Shown here piece by piece: positions 61,601 to 64,000 of a DNA stretch of 64,000 bases. Numbering within the stretch: the stretch's first letter is position 1; every line of letters begins with the position of its first letter. The notes under the pieces are model-generated. The model saw only the letters and a list, made by a program, of their open reading frames with translations, searched no databases and was not told the origin of the DNA. Origin of the DNA: an uncultured Rikenella sp. (GTDB taxonomy: Bacteria > Bacteroidota > Bacteroidia > Bacteroidales > VadinHA17); contig CAZHZC010000011.1 in NCBI GenBank assembly GCA_964537135.1, positions 59,848 through 123,847 of the forward strand, given 5' to 3'. The position numbers and the translations under genes are program-made.

Positions 61601-61950
61601 GTGAGTATGCTGAGGCCTATTCAGCACGTGCACCCTGGGTCAACAGGTTTGACGTAAGGCTGGTTCAGGATTTTGCCGTCAAGGCAGGCAACTCTGTCAA
61701 CACCCTTCAGTTCTCAATTGACATTATCAATGCAGGGAATATGATCAACTCTAACTGGGGTGTCAACAAGAATATGGCTGACAGCAACAACGGTGCTATC
61801 CTGAGGTATGAGGGACGTGATGCAAGCAACGTTCCCAGCTTCTCAATGGTGAAGGTGAAGGATGCATATCCGACATCAACCTATACATATTATAACCATA
61901 TTTCACAGGTCTGGAGAGTGCAGCTCGGACTGCGCTATATCTTCAACTAG
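58666..61950 (+). CDS. TonB-dependent outer-membrane receptor, Oar-like (CarboxypepD_reg + plug + barrel)
   Basis: Signal peptide, then [28 protein letters not shown]...GLFSIQGM (CarboxypepD_reg), a plug region, a 1094 aa barrel, and a C-terminal LGLRYIFN ending in an aromatic-type motif. No adjacent susD-like gene. Confidence 0.85.
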   Translation: [1094 protein letters not shown]

Positions 61951-61981
61951 AGTGTAACGATAGCTATAGGAATTATTGAGG

Positions 61982-62010
61982 GGGAGGCCGGCATCGGCCT
62001 CCCTTTTTTT
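61982..62010 (+). terminator. rho-independent terminator after the TonB-dependent receptor gene
   Basis: 9-bp GC stem gggaggccg-gcat-cggcctccc followed by T7. Confidence 0.85.
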
Positions 62011-62214
62011 GGTGCACCCTCAGCCTGAGCTGGTAAGGAGGGGAGGTGACCGGAGAAGTCGTCAATCGTTAAAAACGTTGATATGTCTGTTGATAAAAGA
62101 GCATCTATAAACTTGCCTCCTCTGAACCGCTTGCCTATTTTAGCGAAACCCGTTCGACTTCACGGAAGGTAGATTAAATAGCTTAGTTTCAAACTTTAAT
62201 ATTTTTTGTATTCA

Positions 62215-64000
62215 ATGGGAGATTCATTTGTCCATTCGGCCACTGTCGCCCCTACTGAAAAGGAGCTGAAGAAAACAGAGGAGAAAAAAGAGAAGAGAGA
62301 AGAGGTTGTGACCGGGGGAAAAGATCTCCCTGAGAGCCGTGGCGAAGTGAATATTTACACTTACGATGAGGTCATTGAAGCTACCCGTGAATATTTTTCA
62401 GGTGACGATCTGGCGGCTAAAGTGTGGGCCAGCAAGTATGCCCTCAAAGATTCGTTTGGCAACCTATATGAGAAGTCTCCCGATGATATGCACCGCCGCC
62501 TGGCTGACGAGATCCACCGTATAGAGAAGAAGTATCCCAATCCGGTTGCTGCTGAGGCCATTTTTGAGGTCCTGAGAAATTTCACCTATATCATACCACA
62601 GGGAGGCCCGATGACCGGTATCGGCAATGAGTACCAGATAGCTTCCCTCTCAAACTGCTTTGTGATAGGCAACAGGGGCGACTCTGACTCCTATGGTGGT
62701 ATCATGAAGACAGACCAGGAGCAGGTGCAGCTCATGAAACGCCGTGGCGGAGTGGGGCATGACCTTTCACATATCAGACCCAAAGGGTCACCGGTGCTCA
62801 ACAGTGCGCTCACCTCAACAGGGGTGGTCCCCTTCATGGAGCGCTACTCCAACTCTACGCGTGAGGTGGCACAGGATGGCCGTCGCGGAGCGCTGATGCT
62901 CTCTATCTCAATAAAGCATCCCGACTCTGAGGGGTTTATTGATGCCAAGCTGGAGGCGGGGAAGGTGACAGGGGCCAACGTCTCTGTCAAGGTCACCGAT
63001 GAGTTTATGCAGGCGGTGGCCGATGGAAAGAAATTCCGGCAGCAGTATCCTATTAACTCTGACAATCCTAAATACGAAAAGGAGATTGATGCCCGCCGGT
63101 TGTGGAACAAGATTGTACATAACGCCTGGAGGTCGGCCGAGCCGGGTGTGCTCTTCTGGGATACCATTCGGAGGGAGAGCGTGGCTGACTGCTACGCTGA
63201 CCTGGGATATGAGACCGTCTCAACCAATCCGTGCGGCGAAATACCCCTCTGCCCCTATGACAGCTGCCGCCTTCTGGCTATCAACCTCTTCAGCTATGTC
63301 AATAACCCGTTTACTCCGGAGGCGAGCTTTGACTTCGGGCTCTTCACAAGGCATGTGCACCTCTCACAACGCATAATGGATGATATTATCGATCTGGAGC
63401 AGGAGAAGATAGATGCCATTATTGCCAAGATAGATGCCGACCCCGAGGATGAGGAGCTGAAGCTGGTAGAGCGAAATATGTGGATAAACATACGTCATAA
63501 AACCGGTGAGGGCCGACGTACCGGTATAGGTATCACTGCTGAGGGTGATATGCTCGCTGCTATGGGACTGCGGTATGGGTCAGATGAGGCTACCGACTTC
63601 TCTGTCAGTGTACACCGTACGCTGGCAGTAGAGGCCTACAGGGCCTCGGCAATGCTGGCTGCTGAGCGCGGTGCCTTCCCCATCTACAGCGCTGAGAGAG
63701 AGAAGGAGAATCCGTTCATAAACCGGCTGCGTGAGGCTGACCCCAAGATGGTGGAGATGATGGAGCAGACAGGCAGACGCAACATCGCGCTGCTCACAAT
63801 AGCACCTACCGGCTCTACCAGCCTGATGAGCCAGACAACATCAGGTATTGAACCGGTCTTTATGCCCTTCTATAAGCGACGCAGAAAGGTCAACCCCAAT
63901 GACAAGGATGTGAAGGTCTCATTCATTGATGAGGTGGGTGACCACTGGGAGGAGTTCACCGTATTTCACCACAAATTTATTGACTGGATGAAGGTGAACG
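62215..64000 (+). CDS. nrdJ: adenosylcobalamin-dependent (class II) ribonucleotide reductase, N-terminal part (runs off the window end)
   Basis: Not in the track because there is no stop. The ATG at 62215 translates ...YSGDDLAAKVWASKYALKD...IASLSNCFV...STNPCGEIPLCPYDSCRLLAINL... The frame is open to 64000. Confidence 0.85.
   Translation, partial: MGDSFVHSATVAPTEKELKKTEEKKEKREEVVTGGKDLPESRGEVNIYTYDEVIEATREYFSGDDLAAKVWASKYALKDSFGNLYEKSPDDMHRRLADEIHRIEKKYPNPVAAEAIFEVLRNFTYIIPQGGPMTGIGNEYQIASLSNCFVIGNRGDSDSYGGIMKTDQEQVQLMKRRGGVGHDLSHIRPKGSPVLNSALTSTGVVPFMERYSNSTREVAQDGRRGALMLSISIKHPDSEGFIDAKLEAGKVTGANVSVKVTDEFMQAVADGKKFRQQYPINSDNPKYEKEIDARRLWNKIVHNAWRSAEPGVLFWDTIRRESVADCYADLGYETVSTNPCGEIPLCPYDSCRLLAINLFSYVNNPFTPEASFDFGLFTRHVHLSQRIMDDIIDLEQEKIDAIIAKIDADPEDEELKLVERNMWINIRHKTGEGRRTGIGITAEGDMLAAMGLRYGSDEATDFSVSVHRTLAVEAYRASAMLAAERGAFPIYSAEREKENPFINRLREADPKMVEMMEQTGRRNIALLTIAPTGSTSLMSQTTSGIEPVFMPFYKRRRKVNPNDKDVKVSFIDEVGDHWEEFTVFHHKFIDWMKVN

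Noticed and set aside
62011-62214. Possible cobalamin riboswitch or NrdR boxes upstream of nrdJ
   Set aside because: I could not find a B12-box-like core or a convincing palindromic NrdR box by eye. Only a short gttgata-N5-gttgata direct repeat is present. An Infernal/Rfam scan would be needed before any claim.

Overview
This window looks like a chromosomal, mostly housekeeping segment of a Bacteroidota genome. The phylum call rests on gldH, porX, a DUF4270 gene next to a short glycogen-synthase-like gene, an Oar-type TonB-dependent receptor, and TAnnTTTG -7 promoter boxes upstream of many genes. I call about 52 CDS. They include topA (partial), PBP1A, radA, panDC, rfbB, galE, a wbpA/B/D/E-type UDP-diacetamido-uronic-acid operon, metG, tsaE-porX plus a TPR lipoprotein, mrp, trmB, gldH, a PSP1 protein, holB, tpx, pgk, a Stealth/GT/FkbM/O-antigen-ligase-like surface glycan cluster, pepC, a NarL-type two-component pair, a TonB-dependent receptor and nrdJ (partial). 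I recognised no rRNA, tRNA, CRISPR array or mobile element. Two things stand out. (1) A co-directional seven-gene phosphate-themed locus (25300-33137) contains DUF47, a PiT transporter fused to a C-terminal LuxR-type HTH, an OprO/P-type porin with a CarboxypepD_reg N-domain, a lamin-tail-domain lipoprotein, two CYTH-type proteins (one highly divergent) and an SLC13 anion permease. I read it as a candidate condensed-phosphate (tri-/polyphosphate) uptake, hydrolysis and sensing system. (2) At least 14 unrelated short tandem-repeat arrays sit in intergenic spacers, and about half are nucleated on a start or stop codon of the neighbouring gene. One array builds three ATGA-coupled mini-ORFs in front of panC. 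Another places several canonical G-quadruplex motifs on the sense strand between a histidine kinase gene and its response regulator gene. All coordinates were hand-derived and anchored on ORF-track boundaries. Domain calls rest on motifs read from the translations, not on database searches.
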